Source: Octopus vulgaris (Eukaryota). Taken from it: a stretch of 64,000 nt of DNA. The translations under genes were made by a program, and so were the position numbers. The notes under the pieces are model-generated. The model was not told where the DNA came from, did not search any database, and saw only the letters and a list, made by a program, of their open reading frames with translations. Location: the NCBI GenBank assembly GCA_951406725.2, contig OX597831.1, positions 4,588,001 to 4,652,000 on the forward strand, read 5' to 3'. Numbering within the stretch: the stretch's first letter is position 1; every line of letters begins with the position of its first letter. Shown one piece after another: positions 27,327-41,207 of this stretch.

Positions 27327-27670
27327 ATAATTATTATTTGAGGGAATATTATTCCTAACTTATTTTGCAATTTACTTAATCATCGGTATATTATTGTTAT
27401 TTTAATTTTAATATTTCTATTATATGTAATTTTCTAGATGGTGTAATTTAATTGTTCATTTTGAATTGATAAAAGATGTTTTTTTTTTCTAATTAATATA
27501 TATATATATATATGTATGTATACGACGGGCTTCTTTCATTTTCCGTCTTCCAAATCCACTCACAATGCGTTGGTCTGCTCGAGACTATAGCAGAAGATAC
27601 TTGTCCAAGGTGTCACGCAGTGGGAGTGAACCCAGAACCATGTGGTTGGAAAGTAAGCTACTTATCACAG
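27040..27670 (-). mobile_element. SINE family A with an AT-rich insert (~27328-27495) in its internal microsatellite
   Basis: Family A tail at 27040-27260 and head at 27520-27670, separated by (CA)n(TA)n-insert-(TA)n. Confidence 0.85.
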
Positions 27671-27973
27671 TGCTTTATTATTATTTTTTGTTATGGTTTT
27701 AGTCTTTTGAGAGTTTAAAATGCTTTTGTGTCAGGAGAAAGAGGAACCATTTTAGTGATCCATATCTGACAGTTGTCATGTCTATGAGGACTGTGTGTCG
27801 CTTAACATTTGGGTTAAATTTATTTTTAGACAAGAGACAGATATTTCAAAGATGGGATTTTAAAAGATTTCTTCCTGCAAAGTTCATTTGAATCTTTAAG
27901 GAAGTTTGTATGTGAAAAGTGTTTGAGATATGTTTTAGGAATCGTATATAGATAACAGATCTGCACTGGTGAC

Positions 27974-28006
<33 letters not shown>

Positions 28007-28169
28007 TTGAGTGACTATCTGAGTACGGGTGGGTGCGTGTGTATGTGTGTATGTATGTGTATGTGTATAGGTGTAAACAATCTTATATTTGTTCTCGTTA
28101 TTTCAACTGTAACGTTAGAGATTACAGTTTTTCAGTTGTGCAAATGACACACATATACTCATATAGACA

Positions 28170-28251
<82 letters not shown>

Positions 28252-28264
28252 TAGAGAGAGAGAT

Positions 28265-28465
28265 AATTTACAAAAAAAAGAAGAAAAGAAGAAAAGACGA
28301 AGACGGGTGTGTAAACAACAAACAGATGTATTAGTTTGACGCCTGGGGAAGTGAGAAAGTCTTTTACGTTTCGAGCCTACGCTCTTCACCAGAAAGGAAC
28401 ACAGAAATAAACAGGAAGGGAAAATAGAAAAAAGGTTTAGTGGCTAGCGATCTATCATGCCGTAT
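28265..28465 (-). mobile_element. Short PLE-terminal element with hammerhead-like motif (28360-28397)
   Basis: Reverse complement CUUU CUGGUGA-A GAGC guag GCUC GAAA CG U A AAAG; paralog of 16912-17086. Confidence 0.7.
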
Positions 28466-28721
28466 GTATATATGAGCATATGTGTGTGTGTGTGTGTGTA
28501 CGATTGTAGGAACGTGGCACACAACACATTTGGTAGGAGTTACATATATCATTTAAAATCAACGTGATTCAGTTTCAATAACGTAGGCTGGTAGAACGAA
28601 CCTAACTTTTCAAGAGTCTCTCGCTCTGTCTCCCTCCTCCTCTCTCTCTCTCCCTCCTCTTCTCTAAGTTTTTTCCATAAGACTGAAGCTGAGTCAAACT
28701 GTTATCAAATGATATGTTTGA

Positions 28722-29250
28722 AAAGGCGGATAGCTGGCAGAAACGTTAGCACGCCGGGCGAAATGCGTAGCCGTATTTCGTCTGCCGTTACGTTCTGAGT
28801 TCAAATTCCGCCGAAGTCGACTTTACCTTTCATCCTTTCGGGGTCGATTAAATAAGTACCAGTTACGCACTGGGATCGATACTATTGACTTAATCCGTTT
28901 GTCTGTCCTTGTTTGTCCTCTCTGTGTTTAGCCCCTTGTGGGTAGTAAAGAAATAGGTATTTCGAAATGCTTGGCGGTCTGTCTTTACGTTCTGAGTTCA
29001 AATTCCGCCGAGGTCGACTTTACCTTTCATCCTTTCGGGGTCGATAAATTAAGTACCAGTTACGCACTGGAGTCGATGTAATCGACTTAATCCGTTTGTC
29101 TGTCCTTGTTTGTCCCCTCTATGTTTAGCCCCTTGTGGGTAATAAAGAAACAGGTACTTCGTTTGTCTTTACGTTCTGAGTTCAAATTCCGCCGAGATCG
29201 ACTTTGCTTCTCATCCTTTCGGGGTCGATAAATTAAGTACCAGTTGTGTT
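28722..29250 (+). mobile_element. SINE family B trimer
   Basis: Head-to-tail units joined at AAAGAAA(T/C)A|GGTA. Confidence 0.9.
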
Positions 29251-30333
29251 CTGGAATAGAAAAGGATATATGTGTGTGTGCGTGAATGTGTGTATGTATG
29301 AGTGTATGTATGTATGTATGAGTATGTCCGCATGTGTATGTGTGTGTGTGTGTGCGCTTGTGCATGTGTGTATGTGTGTGTTTCTATGTGTATGTCTCAC
29401 ATCTTTTCTACCTGACAACCGGCATTGCTTTGATTACGTCCTCGTAACTTAGAATAAGCACCAGGTTTTAAAACAAAAGCAAGTAATGGTGTCGATTTGC
29501 TCGGCTAAACTCTTTAGTCCGAGCATGGCTGCAGTCCAGTGACTGAAACCAGTAAAAGATAAAAATAAAAAAAAGAAGATACTAGATAAAGTGAAGAAGA
29601 GCAGAAAGGAGAAAAAGAAAGAATGAAGGAAGAATGAATGAATGAGGGTAAGAAAGAGGTTTAAAAAGTGGGAAATGAAAGAGTGTACGAGGAAGGAAGT
29701 CGAAAAATATTGGAAAGGAAGCGAGATAGGTATGAGAAGATTGTATACAGACAGACTTAATAAAGTGTGACGCCTTGGTATCTAAGACGAGGGTGGTGGG
29801 GTTGGGAGAGGGGGGGAGTGTTACTTGCAGGTGTGTGTATGGGGGTGGTGGATGTCAGTCCTGTGTAGATATTTATGTATACAGAACATCATCATCATCA
29901 TCATCATCATCATCGTCATCATCATCATTATCGCTGTTAACATCATTGTCATCGTTATCATTACCGCCAAACACCGCCGTCACCAACACGAAATCACTCC
30001 GCCATGACCACGACCACCACCACCACCACCACCACTACCACTACCACCATCCTTTTTCTCCTCCTTTTCTTCTCCTACTTGTTGTTGTTGTTCTTCTTCT
30101 TCTTCTTCTTCTTCTTCTTCTCCTCCTCTTCTTCTTCTTCTTCTTCTTCTTCTTCTTCTTCTTCTTCTTCTTCTTCTTCTTCTTCTCCCTTCCTCATCTT
30201 CTGCAGTAGCATCTTCATCATCGTCCTTATTAACATCAAGTGCCGTTCAAACTAAGAGACCTCTAAGCAGGAGCAAGAATGTTTAGAAATAGTAGTCAAA
30301 TTTGCCTCGCCCGATAACATAGTCTTCTCTCTC

Positions 30334-30367
<34 letters not shown>

Positions 30368-30671
30368 AGTCTCTTTCTTTCTTTCTCTCTCTCCCTCTCC
30401 CTCCCCCCTCTCTTTATCACACACGCACAAACGCACACACGAGAACACACTTCAACATAACTTTGTAGGTTCGCTTAGATGTGTGTGCCTGTATATACTT
30501 ACCTACCTAGCTACCTACCTACCTACATGCATACATACATACATACATACATACATACATACATACATACATACAGGCATACATATATATACGTATAAAT
30601 ATGTGTTTATATACATATATATACGTGTATATATGTGTGTATATACATACATATATATGTATATGTATATA

Positions 30672-30712
<41 letters not shown>

Positions 30713-31063
30713 TTATATATATATATACACATATATACATAGATATGTATATATATGTGTGTATATGTAAATATATGCTTGTGTATGTGTATATATACAC
30801 ACGCACACACCCACACACATACGCACACACATACGCACACGCATACGCACACACATACGCACGCACACGCAGACATACAGGCAACACACTCCCCCACACT
30901 GGCAGATGCACCCAGATGTTAAGATCGGAGGAACCTGTATGAACAGATGCAAGTGTCATAATGGCGATATGGCTTCGGTCGTGCGAGTGGGTGGAGTGAC
31001 CTTGTGACACTCAGAGACTCACACACATAGCAATACTGGTATCAGTGCTGTTGTTGTTGTTGC

Positions 31064-31112
<49 letters not shown>

Positions 31113-31416
31113 GCTGCTGCTGCTGCTGTTTGTTTTCCTCTGGTATAAATCAACCTTACTCTATGGTATAAACACTGCTCACTCACATTCCTTCCTATCT
31201 CATTTGGTACTCTTTCTCTTTTGTCATTTTTTCATTATCTATCTGTCTCTCTTCATCTCTCTATCTCTCCCTCTTTCTCTCGCCACACGCACGCGCGCAC
31301 TCACACACACACTCACACACTCTCACACATACACAGACATACACATACCCACATGCGCACGCACTCACATGCACATACGTGTATGTGTCTATCTATCAAT
31401 CTATCTAACTATCTAC

Positions 31417-31460
<44 letters not shown>

Positions 31461-31479
31461 CTATCTCTCTATATATATG

Positions 31480-31676
31480 ACCTCGTGTGTACCGTTGGCG
31501 ATTTTTTTCCTCTGTCTTCCCTTCTCTGGATCTTTCCTTCTCCTATGTTTCCGACGAAGAGCTCCGCTCGAAACGTTAAACCCTCCCTATTTCCTTCTCT
31601 CCTGAGCATCCAATAATACTATATTTGTTCCACGTCCTCGCGTTGTTGTGTTTTTTTTGTGCTTTCTTGTTTGGAT

Positions 31677-31680
<4 letters not shown>
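31480..31680 (+). mobile_element. Short PLE-terminal element between (TA) tracts
   Basis: Paralog of 39762-39960; carries the hammerhead motif at 31547-31581. Confidence 0.72.
31547..31581 (+). ncRNA. Minimal type-I hammerhead ribozyme candidate
   Basis: GUUU CCGACGA-A GAGC ucc GCUC GAAA CG U U AAAC: stem I, core with U4C, stem II, palindromic ACGU stem III. Confidence 0.65.
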
Positions 31681-31730
<50 letters not shown>

Positions 31731-31732
<2 letters not shown>

Positions 31733-32105
31733 TTGTATCAGTCATTGGACTATGGCCATGATTGGGAATCGAGTTGAATGATATTAATCGGCTCCAGCAT
31801 TTAACTTTTTAAATTTTTTTGGTACTTATTCGATGAAGCTTTGGCGAACCACTAAGTTATGGAAACGTAAACAAACCAGCACCGATTGTCAAACGGTGGT
31901 GGTGAACAAATGCATATATCCGCACATCCACACATCCACACACCTGCAAACATATATTCGACGGGTTTCCATACAGTTGTCGCCTACCAAATTGGCTCAC
32001 TAGGCATTTGTCTGCCCGGGTCTATAATACAAGTCCCAGGTGCTGTACAGTGAGATTGAACCCAAAACGAGATGGTTACAAAGTTAGCTTCTTAAGAGCA
32101 CAGTC
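31731..32105 (-). mobile_element. Old, diverged SINE family A copy
   Basis: Patchy similarity across tail, body and head. Confidence 0.7.
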
Positions 32106-32139
32106 TATGTTAAAAACTCAATATGGCTTACTTGGGTGG

Positions 32140-32555
32140 TAGACATAACACCGGACAAAATGCTTAGCAGCATTTAGCATGTCTCTTCATTCTGAGTTCA
32201 AATTCCACCGAGGCCAACTTTGCCTTTCATTCCTTTGGGGTCGATAAGTTAGTTGTCGGAGCACTGCATCCTTTAAAACTTCCATGCTTCCTGAGATTCG
32301 CCAACACTACACCTGATTTTCTCCCCTCCATACACACGCAAGCATGTATCTGACTCATACATTGTTCGCCTTCCAGACATTTGTACATTACTGCATATAC
32401 TTTATATGCACTTTTGACAAGTTGTGGTGCACCTGAGCACTGTATACAATAATTTCATTATATTATATTATAAGTACCAGTTGTGTACTGGGGTTGATGT
32501 AATCAACTTCCTCCTCCCTCAAAATTTCAGGCTTCGTGCCTATAGTAGAGGGATT
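32140..32555 (+). mobile_element. SINE family B interrupted by a ~220-bp retroposon 3' fragment (32250-32468)
   Basis: GGGGTCGATAAGT|insert ending (TATTA)n|ATAAGTACCAG; ATAAGT duplicated. Confidence 0.65.
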
Positions 32556-32699
32556 ATCTTTGAATTAACTATCTATATACGTACACATGGGCTTATACAA
32601 AAAATACACACACACAGACACACACACACACATACAGGTACATAGATATACACACACACATGGTGACATATCCATCAACTTTATTCTTCTAGATGCGTG

Positions 32700-33290
32700 A
32701 GACTATTGTTGTGTGTGAGTGCGTGTGTGTGTGTGTGGAGTGTATGTGTGTATGAATGTATGCGTGGGTCAGTGTGTGCGTAGATGTGTGTGATTGTGTG
32801 TGTGTAGTTGTGCGTGTGTGAGTGTGTGTGTGTGTGTGTGACTGTGTGCGTGTGACTGTGTGTGTAGATGTGTGTGATTGTGTGTGTAGTTGTGCGTGTG
32901 TGAGTGTGTGTGTGTGTGTGTGACTGTGTGCGTGTGACTGTGTGTGTAGATGTGTGTGATTGTGTGTATGTAGTTGTGTGTGTGTGAGTGTGCGTGTGGG
33001 GTGTATGTGTGTGATTGTTTGTATGTAGTTGTGTGTGTGATTGTGTGTATGTAGTTGTGTGTGTGTGATTGTGTGTATGTAGTTGTGTGTGTGAGTGTGT
33101 GTGTGGGGTGTATGTGTGTGAATGCGTGGGTCAGTGTGTGTGTTTGTAGTTGTGTGTGTGTGAGTGTGTATATGAGTGTGTTTACAGAGTGTGTGCGCGT
33201 GTGATTGTGTGTATGACTGTGTGCGTGTGAGTGTATTTGTGTTGTTACGTGTGCGTGTCTGTGTCTGTGTGTCCCTGTCTTCACTTCTGT
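32700..33290. repeat. (GT)-based compound minisatellite with ~80-bp higher-order units
   Basis: Recurring GTAGATGTGTGTGATTGTGTGTGTAGTTGTGCGTGTGTGAG...GACTGTGTGCGTGTGACT blocks. Confidence 0.85.
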
Positions 33291-33349
33291 ATTTTTCTAT
33301 ATGTAAGCGTGTTTTTATATGCGTGCATATGTATGTATTTATATGTATA

Positions 33350-33519
33350 GGCGCAGGAGTGGGTGTGTGGTAAGTAGCTTGCTTACCAACCACATGGTCC
33401 CGGGTTCAGTCCCACTGGGTGGCATCTTGGGTAAGTGTCTTCTGCTATAGCCCCGGGCCGACCAATGCCTTGTGAGTGGATTTGGTAGACGGAAACTGAA
33501 AGAAGCCTGTCTTTTATAT

Positions 33520-33595
<76 letters not shown>

Positions 33596-33808
33596 TTGTG
33601 TGTCTGTGTTTGTTCCTCTAGCATTGCTTGACAACCGATGCTGGTGTGTTTACGTCCCCGTAACCTAGCGGTTCGGCAAAAGAGACCGATAGAATAAGTA
33701 CTGGGCTTACAAAGAATAAGTCCCGGGGTCGATTTGCTCGACTAAAGGCGGTGCTCCAGCATGGCCGCAGTCAAAATGACTGAAACAAGTAAAAAGAAAA
33801 AAAAGAAA
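33350..33808 (+). mobile_element. SINE family A, full length
   Basis: Near-identical to 12088-12500 and to 52548-52963 (-). Confidence 0.93.
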
Positions 33809-34351
33809 GATAGGTATGCAGAGTATATTTGTGTGTGTGTATTTCTAGTCATGTGGACTAATAAGTGTGTATGTACATGTGTCTGGTTGCATGAATGTGT
33901 TGATTACACGTGTGTGTCTACGTGCACAAGTATTTCTCTGTGAACGTAAGTGCGTGTTTATGAGTGTGTGTATGCCTCTGTTTGTGTATGTGTGCGCCTA
34001 TGTATGTTCATTCAATAATTAATTAGACCGTAACAATTATCAGTCGGATAGTGTGTCCGCTAATGCAAATTTAATGAGGTCAAAGGTGAGGATGATGATG
34101 GTGTTTTGACGTTGATTGTTGTGATGGTAGCTGTGATGGTACTGTTGTTGGTGTTGGTGTTGGTGTTGATGATGATGGTAGTGTCAGATAGCTGCTTAGT
34201 GTTGATGGTTGTGATGGTGGTGATAGAAGTGATGAAGCTGTTAGTAGTGATGCTGGTGGAGTAATCTACGAGCGAAGATAGGAATATAGAAAGTGGAATA
34301 CTCATTTGAACATTATATATACACCTATGCTTATTTAAAATTATATATATA

Positions 34352-35288
34352 CTAGCAGAGATACCCGGCGTTGCCCGGTTACATTTAATTGAAGAATTAT
34401 ATATTATATATGAGAATTTATATTTTTTGAAGGAACAGGAATATCTATGTTTCGAATTTCATCAAAATTGCAGATGAGGGTTATTTCCCTCTTTACACAC
34501 CCTAAAATAATTGTAATCGTGCCACATGGAAACCAAAAGACGAATGATCACAATAAGCAATCAGTTACCTTACCCTAGTCGTTATCACTCCCAATGTAGG
34601 ATTCCTCACCATCCAGGTGACAGGCACAGCCGTAAGATGCATTACGAATCTATAGCAATTGGAAGGGTTTGACCCAACTGAAATCAACATTAACAACTGT
34701 GTGATGTGAGGGCTTAGGAGAAATTAAAGTGTCACCTCTGGAGTTTGCAAATGACCACTATACTGATACGTAACTGGACAGAATGAATTTAAAATTTATA
34801 AATTTCTTTGAATAACCAGTCACTCATCTGGGAAGGCCTTGTAATCAATGTTACCATCTGGGGACTATTTGTGACCGAGTGATAATAAAAAGACTGAAAG
34901 GAGGTCTGCAATCAAATAACTTTATTCAACACTTTGCAACTGAATCAGTTGAGACAAAGATGCCTCTCATTTACTTAACAATTTATGTACCACATTGCAG
35001 AAATCACAATGTAAGTGTATGTTAAAGCAAACTGTTACACTGTACAACTGTATTCGTTTTTGCTTAGATAAAATGACAAAATTGTGGGTGTTAAGTCCCC
35101 ATGGAGGGGGTCTTTCTAACTTTGTAAGAAGAGGAAAAGATATGATATTGCTGTGGGCTCGCCCTAGGACTCTAAGTAAGGTATGTGTAAAATTTGAATG
35201 AAATTGGTTGTGTAGTTGTCAAGTTTTATGGAAACACACAGACAGACAGACACACATTCTCAGTTTTATATATATAGTGATATATAGA
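34352..35288 (-). mobile_element. Non-autonomous Helitron
   Basis: Minus strand starts TC..TATATATATAAAACTGAG..TGTCTGTCTG and ends with hairpin CCGGGCAACGCCGGG then CTAG|T at 34352. Confidence 0.8.
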
Positions 35289-35330
35289 GAGTTTGTTTTG
35301 GCGGAGGATTATACATGTACATCGCTTGAT

Positions 35331-35595
35331 ACTCGCCGTTCTTATTTGATGACGGTGCATGGTACCTCACACTTCAGCTGGTTTTACCACCTTCAACTGA
35401 TCTTGGTGAGTGCTACTCCATACCTCAACTTATTTTACTACACTCATCTGATTTTAGTGCGTGGAATCCCACATGTCACATTATTTTACCGCCCTCACCT
35501 GATCTTGGCATGTGGAACTCCACACCTCACCTGGCTCAACCGATCTTACTTAATCTTAGTCTGTATAAACCCTAACTTTCAATGGATTTTATCGC
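35331..35595 (+). repeat. Degenerate 51-bp tandem repeat (~5 units)
   Basis: Recurring TTTTACCxCxCTCAxCTGATCTTGGTG.GTGGxACTCCACACCTCA; 17-aa periodicity in ORF 35208-35642. Confidence 0.75.
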
Positions 35596-36155
35596 CATCG
35601 CCTGGTCATTATATCACTTTATTATTTTCCTTTCTTCGTTGATAATAAAACTTTCGTACAATGTACTTACATAATAAATAAGCATTCTTTTTTATCACGA
35701 GATGGCGCTGGTGGTTCACTTACTATTAGATTCTCGATTTATACCATAGCAACTTGCAATAGAAAGATTTGTGCAAGGACGCGATCATAATAATTATCAC
35801 AAGCAGCATGATCATCACGTGTGTATCACCATCACCACCACCACCACCACCACCACCACCACCACTACCATCATTACCCTCGCTACTGCTACCACCATTG
35901 CCGTCGCCATCATGAACATCATCATCAAATCTGCTCTCATCATAATTATCACCCTTGTCGACGTTCACATTGTTGTGGTCATATATGCATACAAGTGAAT
36001 GTCTGCGCATATGCCTGTGTGTGCAAATGTGTGTGTATTATATATATGTGGAGATATGTATGCATATATATATATGTATATATACATATATGTATATGTA
36101 TACACACATATATATATGCATATGTATACATATATATATATATGTATATGTATAC

Positions 36156-36213
<58 letters not shown>

Positions 36214-36904
36214 ATCATATAATTATATATAATACAATACAGTTGCGTATACGTACATCTATATTGCGTGTATGTGTAAATGTGTGCTTGTATGAATCAC
36301 ACATAAATATACAGAGATGAGATGCATACACATACATATACACACACATATAAACACACATCCACACACACACAATATATTTTACGAATACATCATATTT
36401 TTAATTGGTTGATTTTTATGAATAAACCATAAGTTATATTTCTATAACGATTTACATACACACACATATACACACAAACACGCACATACACGCACACACA
36501 TACACGCACACACATACACGCACACACATACAGGCACACGTATACGTACGTAGTCCCCACCACACACAAACGCCGCACTCGCATATACACACCCACACAC
36601 GCACACACATCTATGCACCCCTCACCGCGATACCACTCCACCCGTTCTGTTTCTATTTATATATTCAACAGATTTGATTCGATGAGAGAATTATGTAAAT
36701 TCTTAAACACCCCCTCCCACCTCTTTGAATCTATATTTTATGGAAGTATTTTTGGTAATTCTCTCTGCAACAGCTTAAATCTGTGGAACCGATGCAAAAT
36801 GCCGGAATTATATTTTTCAGCAGTTCATTCTTAAATGGTGATTTTATTGCGCCGCAAAATAACCGTCATTTTTTTTCCAGCCATTTCTACTCAATTCCTC
36901 TTTC

Positions 36905-37642
<738 letters not shown>

Positions 37643-37817
37643 TACTGTATTTTTTAGCCTTCTATGTATTCGGTTTATTTCCACCGTACGCTTATTTTGT
37701 TTTTGGGGTTTTTTTTAAATGCAAACTTATGGAATTAATTCAAAGGCCATAAATTACCTAAATATATACATAAATAAATCCGTATTTGCACATTGTTTCA
37801 TTCATATATATACATAT

Positions 37818-37848
<31 letters not shown>

Positions 37849-37859
37849 TACATACATAT

Positions 37860-37904
<45 letters not shown>

Positions 37905-37980
37905 TACATGTATACATATATATATATATGTATATATATACATATATACATACATATATACATATATACATATATATGTA

Positions 37981-38046
<66 letters not shown>

Positions 38047-38149
38047 TATATATACATATATATATATACGTACATGTATATATATACACACATATACATA
38101 TATATATATATACGTACATATATATATATACACATATACACATACATAC

Positions 38150-38234
<85 letters not shown>

Positions 38235-38798
38235 CGTACGTATGTATGTATGTGTGATTATGTATATTATGTGTATGCACGTATCATGCATGTACGATTT
38301 TCTATAATGCATTTTTAGAAGGTTTCGATTAGATTGCTTTTCCAGCTGCCGGGTTTGCTGTATATTGTATTAATGTTGTATGATATCTGTAAATATGTTC
38401 ATAGGATTTGTTCAAGTTGACGTTTCGAGCGCAACTCATTAATTTTCTTACCACACAATGTATTACACAACATATGGTTATTTTATAAAAATTCATTTTA
38501 TGTTCTATGTTTAAATAAATTTACATATTCATTGCACACCATTCCGGTAGTTGGGGCTTTGTTATTTGTGTCGGAGATGATTCGATAAATCAAGATCTAA
38601 CCTCATGATGTGTTTTCAAAGATAGACTTTGTGTAAGTGCTTCTACAGGATAGAGACAGAAAGTGAACGACTGGGGAAGAAAAAGATTCGTGGAAGACAG
38701 ATTGATAGATAGATAAATAGATAGCTGTATAGATGTATGTATGTATATATGTATGTATGTGTATATGTGTGTATGTATGTATGTATCTATCTATCCAT

Positions 38799-38871
<73 letters not shown>

Positions 38872-39266
38872 CACATGTTTATATTATATATATATATGTA
38901 TATATATGTATGTATATATATATATAATTATATATATATATATATATAATTATATATATATATAATTATATGTATATATATATATAATTATATGTATATA
39001 TATATAATTATACGTATATATATATATAGATATATATATAATTATATATATATACATATATATATATATACATACATATATATATATATTTATATATGTA
39101 TATATATATAATTAAATAATAAGGGTAGAAATTGATATTAATCAATTAAAACCAGTGGCTTAGCATATTTTTTTAAAATCCGAAGATTAATAAGAAGATT
39201 AACATTGAGTTGACGTCTATGTTTAGCATATAGGGTTTCCACTTTAATGGTCATTCCTCTAAATTT

Positions 39267-39305
<39 letters not shown>

Positions 39306-39388
39306 TTAAATGAAATTTATTAATTAATTAATTAATACTTTTACCAAGTAGTTCGGTACGTTAAAATAACCTGTTTAGATAAAATTAT

Positions 39389-39671
39389 ACAAATATTCTA
39401 TAATCATAAACATAATTATAATCAGGGGTCAGCTAATTGCTTCACCACGCACCGAATTTAGAAATAGGAGTTAAAATGCCTTTTCTGCAACTATTAGAGA
39501 TCTCCCAGTCAATATCAGACATTTTGCCCACGCAAAAAAGTGTGTTATTGACTAGGAGATCTCTAATAGTAGTAGATAATGCATTTTAACTCCTATTTCT
39601 AAATTCAGTGCGTGGTGAAGCAATTAACTGACACCTGATTATAATTATGTTTATAAGTATAGAATATTTGT
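39389..39671. repeat. Long near-perfect inverted repeat (arms 39389-39514 and 39546-39671)
   Basis: e.g. AATTGCTTCACCACGCACCGAATTTAGAAATAGGAGTTAAAATGC / GCATTTTAACTCCTATTTCTAAATTCAGTGCGTGGTGAAGCAATT. Confidence 0.92.
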
Positions 39672-39828
39672 TTATATATATAATGACATATACAATATTG
39701 ATAGATAGGTACATAGATAAGTGTTAGTTAAATACATAGATAAAAAGACAGACAGAGAGAAGCGCGTACGTGGATGTTGGCAATTTTTTCCTCGTTCTTC
39801 CTTTTCTTTTGGACTTTCCTATGTCTCC

Positions 39829-39865
39829 TGTTTCCGAAGAAGAGCTTTGCTCGAAACGTAAAACA
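39829..39865 (+). ncRNA. Minimal type-I hammerhead ribozyme candidate within a PLE-terminal element (39762-39960)
   Basis: UGUUU CCGAAGA-A GAGC uuu GCUC GAAA CG U A AAACA. Confidence 0.68.
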
Positions 39866-39963
39866 ACCACTCTTCCTTTGCTTCTCCGAGCGTCTTATTA
39901 ATACGTTGCATGTACCATGCCCTCGTGTTGTCTTTTGTTGTCTTTTTTCTCTTTTTTTTAAAT

Positions 39964-40023
<60 letters not shown>

Positions 40024-40195
40024 AAAGGAAAAATGCTTGTTCTAAAATCTCTGTGCATCGTTAACCAGCAAGAGGATATGTCCTCTTGGGGTTAAAAAAT
40101 TGCAGTAGAGTCTGCTCGAACGGACAGCGATGTTAAAGTGGCTACGAATATTACTTATATATATGTAAATAATAATTATATGCATATATATTCAC

Positions 40196-40249
<54 letters not shown>

Positions 40250-40284
40250 CTATCTTTCTATTTATATATCTCACCCTCTTTCTC

Positions 40285-40417
40285 TCTTTGCCTTTCATCC
40301 TTACGGGGTCGATAAATAAAGTACCAGTTTCGCACTGGGGTCGATATAATCGACTCAATCCCTTCGTCTATCCTTGTTTGTCCCCTCTATGTTTAGCCCC
40401 TTGTGGGTAGTTAAGAA

Positions 40418-40449
<32 letters not shown>

Positions 40450-40693
40450 TGTGTGAGGATGTCTGTGTGTGTGTGTGTGTGCGTGTGTATATATGTTTGT
40501 GTGTCTGTGTTTTTCCCCCCAACATCGCTTGACAACCGATGCTGGTGTGTTTATGTCCCCGTAACTTAGTGCTTCGGCAAAACCGACCGATAGAGTAAGT
40601 ACTAGGCTTACAAAGAATATGTCCTGGGGTCGAGTTGCTCGACTAAAGGGGATGCTCCAACATGGCCACAGTCAAATGACTGAATCAAGTAAA
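40285..40693 (+). mobile_element. SINE B 3' half (40285-40418) and SINE A 3' half (40495-40693)
   Basis: Sequence matches to the family copies. Confidence 0.8.
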
Positions 40694-41207
40694 ATATATT
40701 TGTAGGTGTTTGTATCTAGTTTGCAAGATTCTTTGTGTGAATTCGTGTGTTGAAACAAATTTGGTTGTGTCTAAGGAGAGTCATTATGCCAATATTACTA
40801 ACACACGCACCAGTTTCATACAGCAACGAAACAGCTTATTGTTTAAACAAGTTAAACAAATAATCGATTAAGGAAAGATACTTAACCAAATGACTAATAA
40901 TAAAGAAAGGGATCTGAACCAGTGCTTGTGCTAATAACATTGGCGTAATGACCCTCTCTAAGAGGGATGTATACTATTAGGTTGCTCGGGGTACATACCC
41001 CTCTTAACTATTGAGTAAACAGTAGTTATGTAGAAAAACGGGCTGTGTTTTTAATCATTTAGTGAGGAAGGGAAGGGAAGTGTATAGGGTCCTTTATATT
41101 TTCAGTATCTCCGTCTCTGGTTGAGGGAAGCAGGAAAGTTATCTTCATCCGATGACCTAACCTGGCTGCTTGTCACAGAGGGAACTCCACTCAAGATACT
41201 CGACGAA

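Noticed and set aside
25617-29250. Head-to-tail repeats with small palindromes (GTCGAT-GTA-ATCGAC), superficially CRISPR-like
   Set aside because: The units are ~190-bp SINE copies without unique spacers, there are no cas genes, and the context is eukaryotic.
38412-38445. Minus-strand TTAATGAG-TTGCG-CTC-GAAACGTC hammerhead-like remnant
   Set aside because: The core lacks G5 and stem I is weak; at best a dead copy, so it was not counted.
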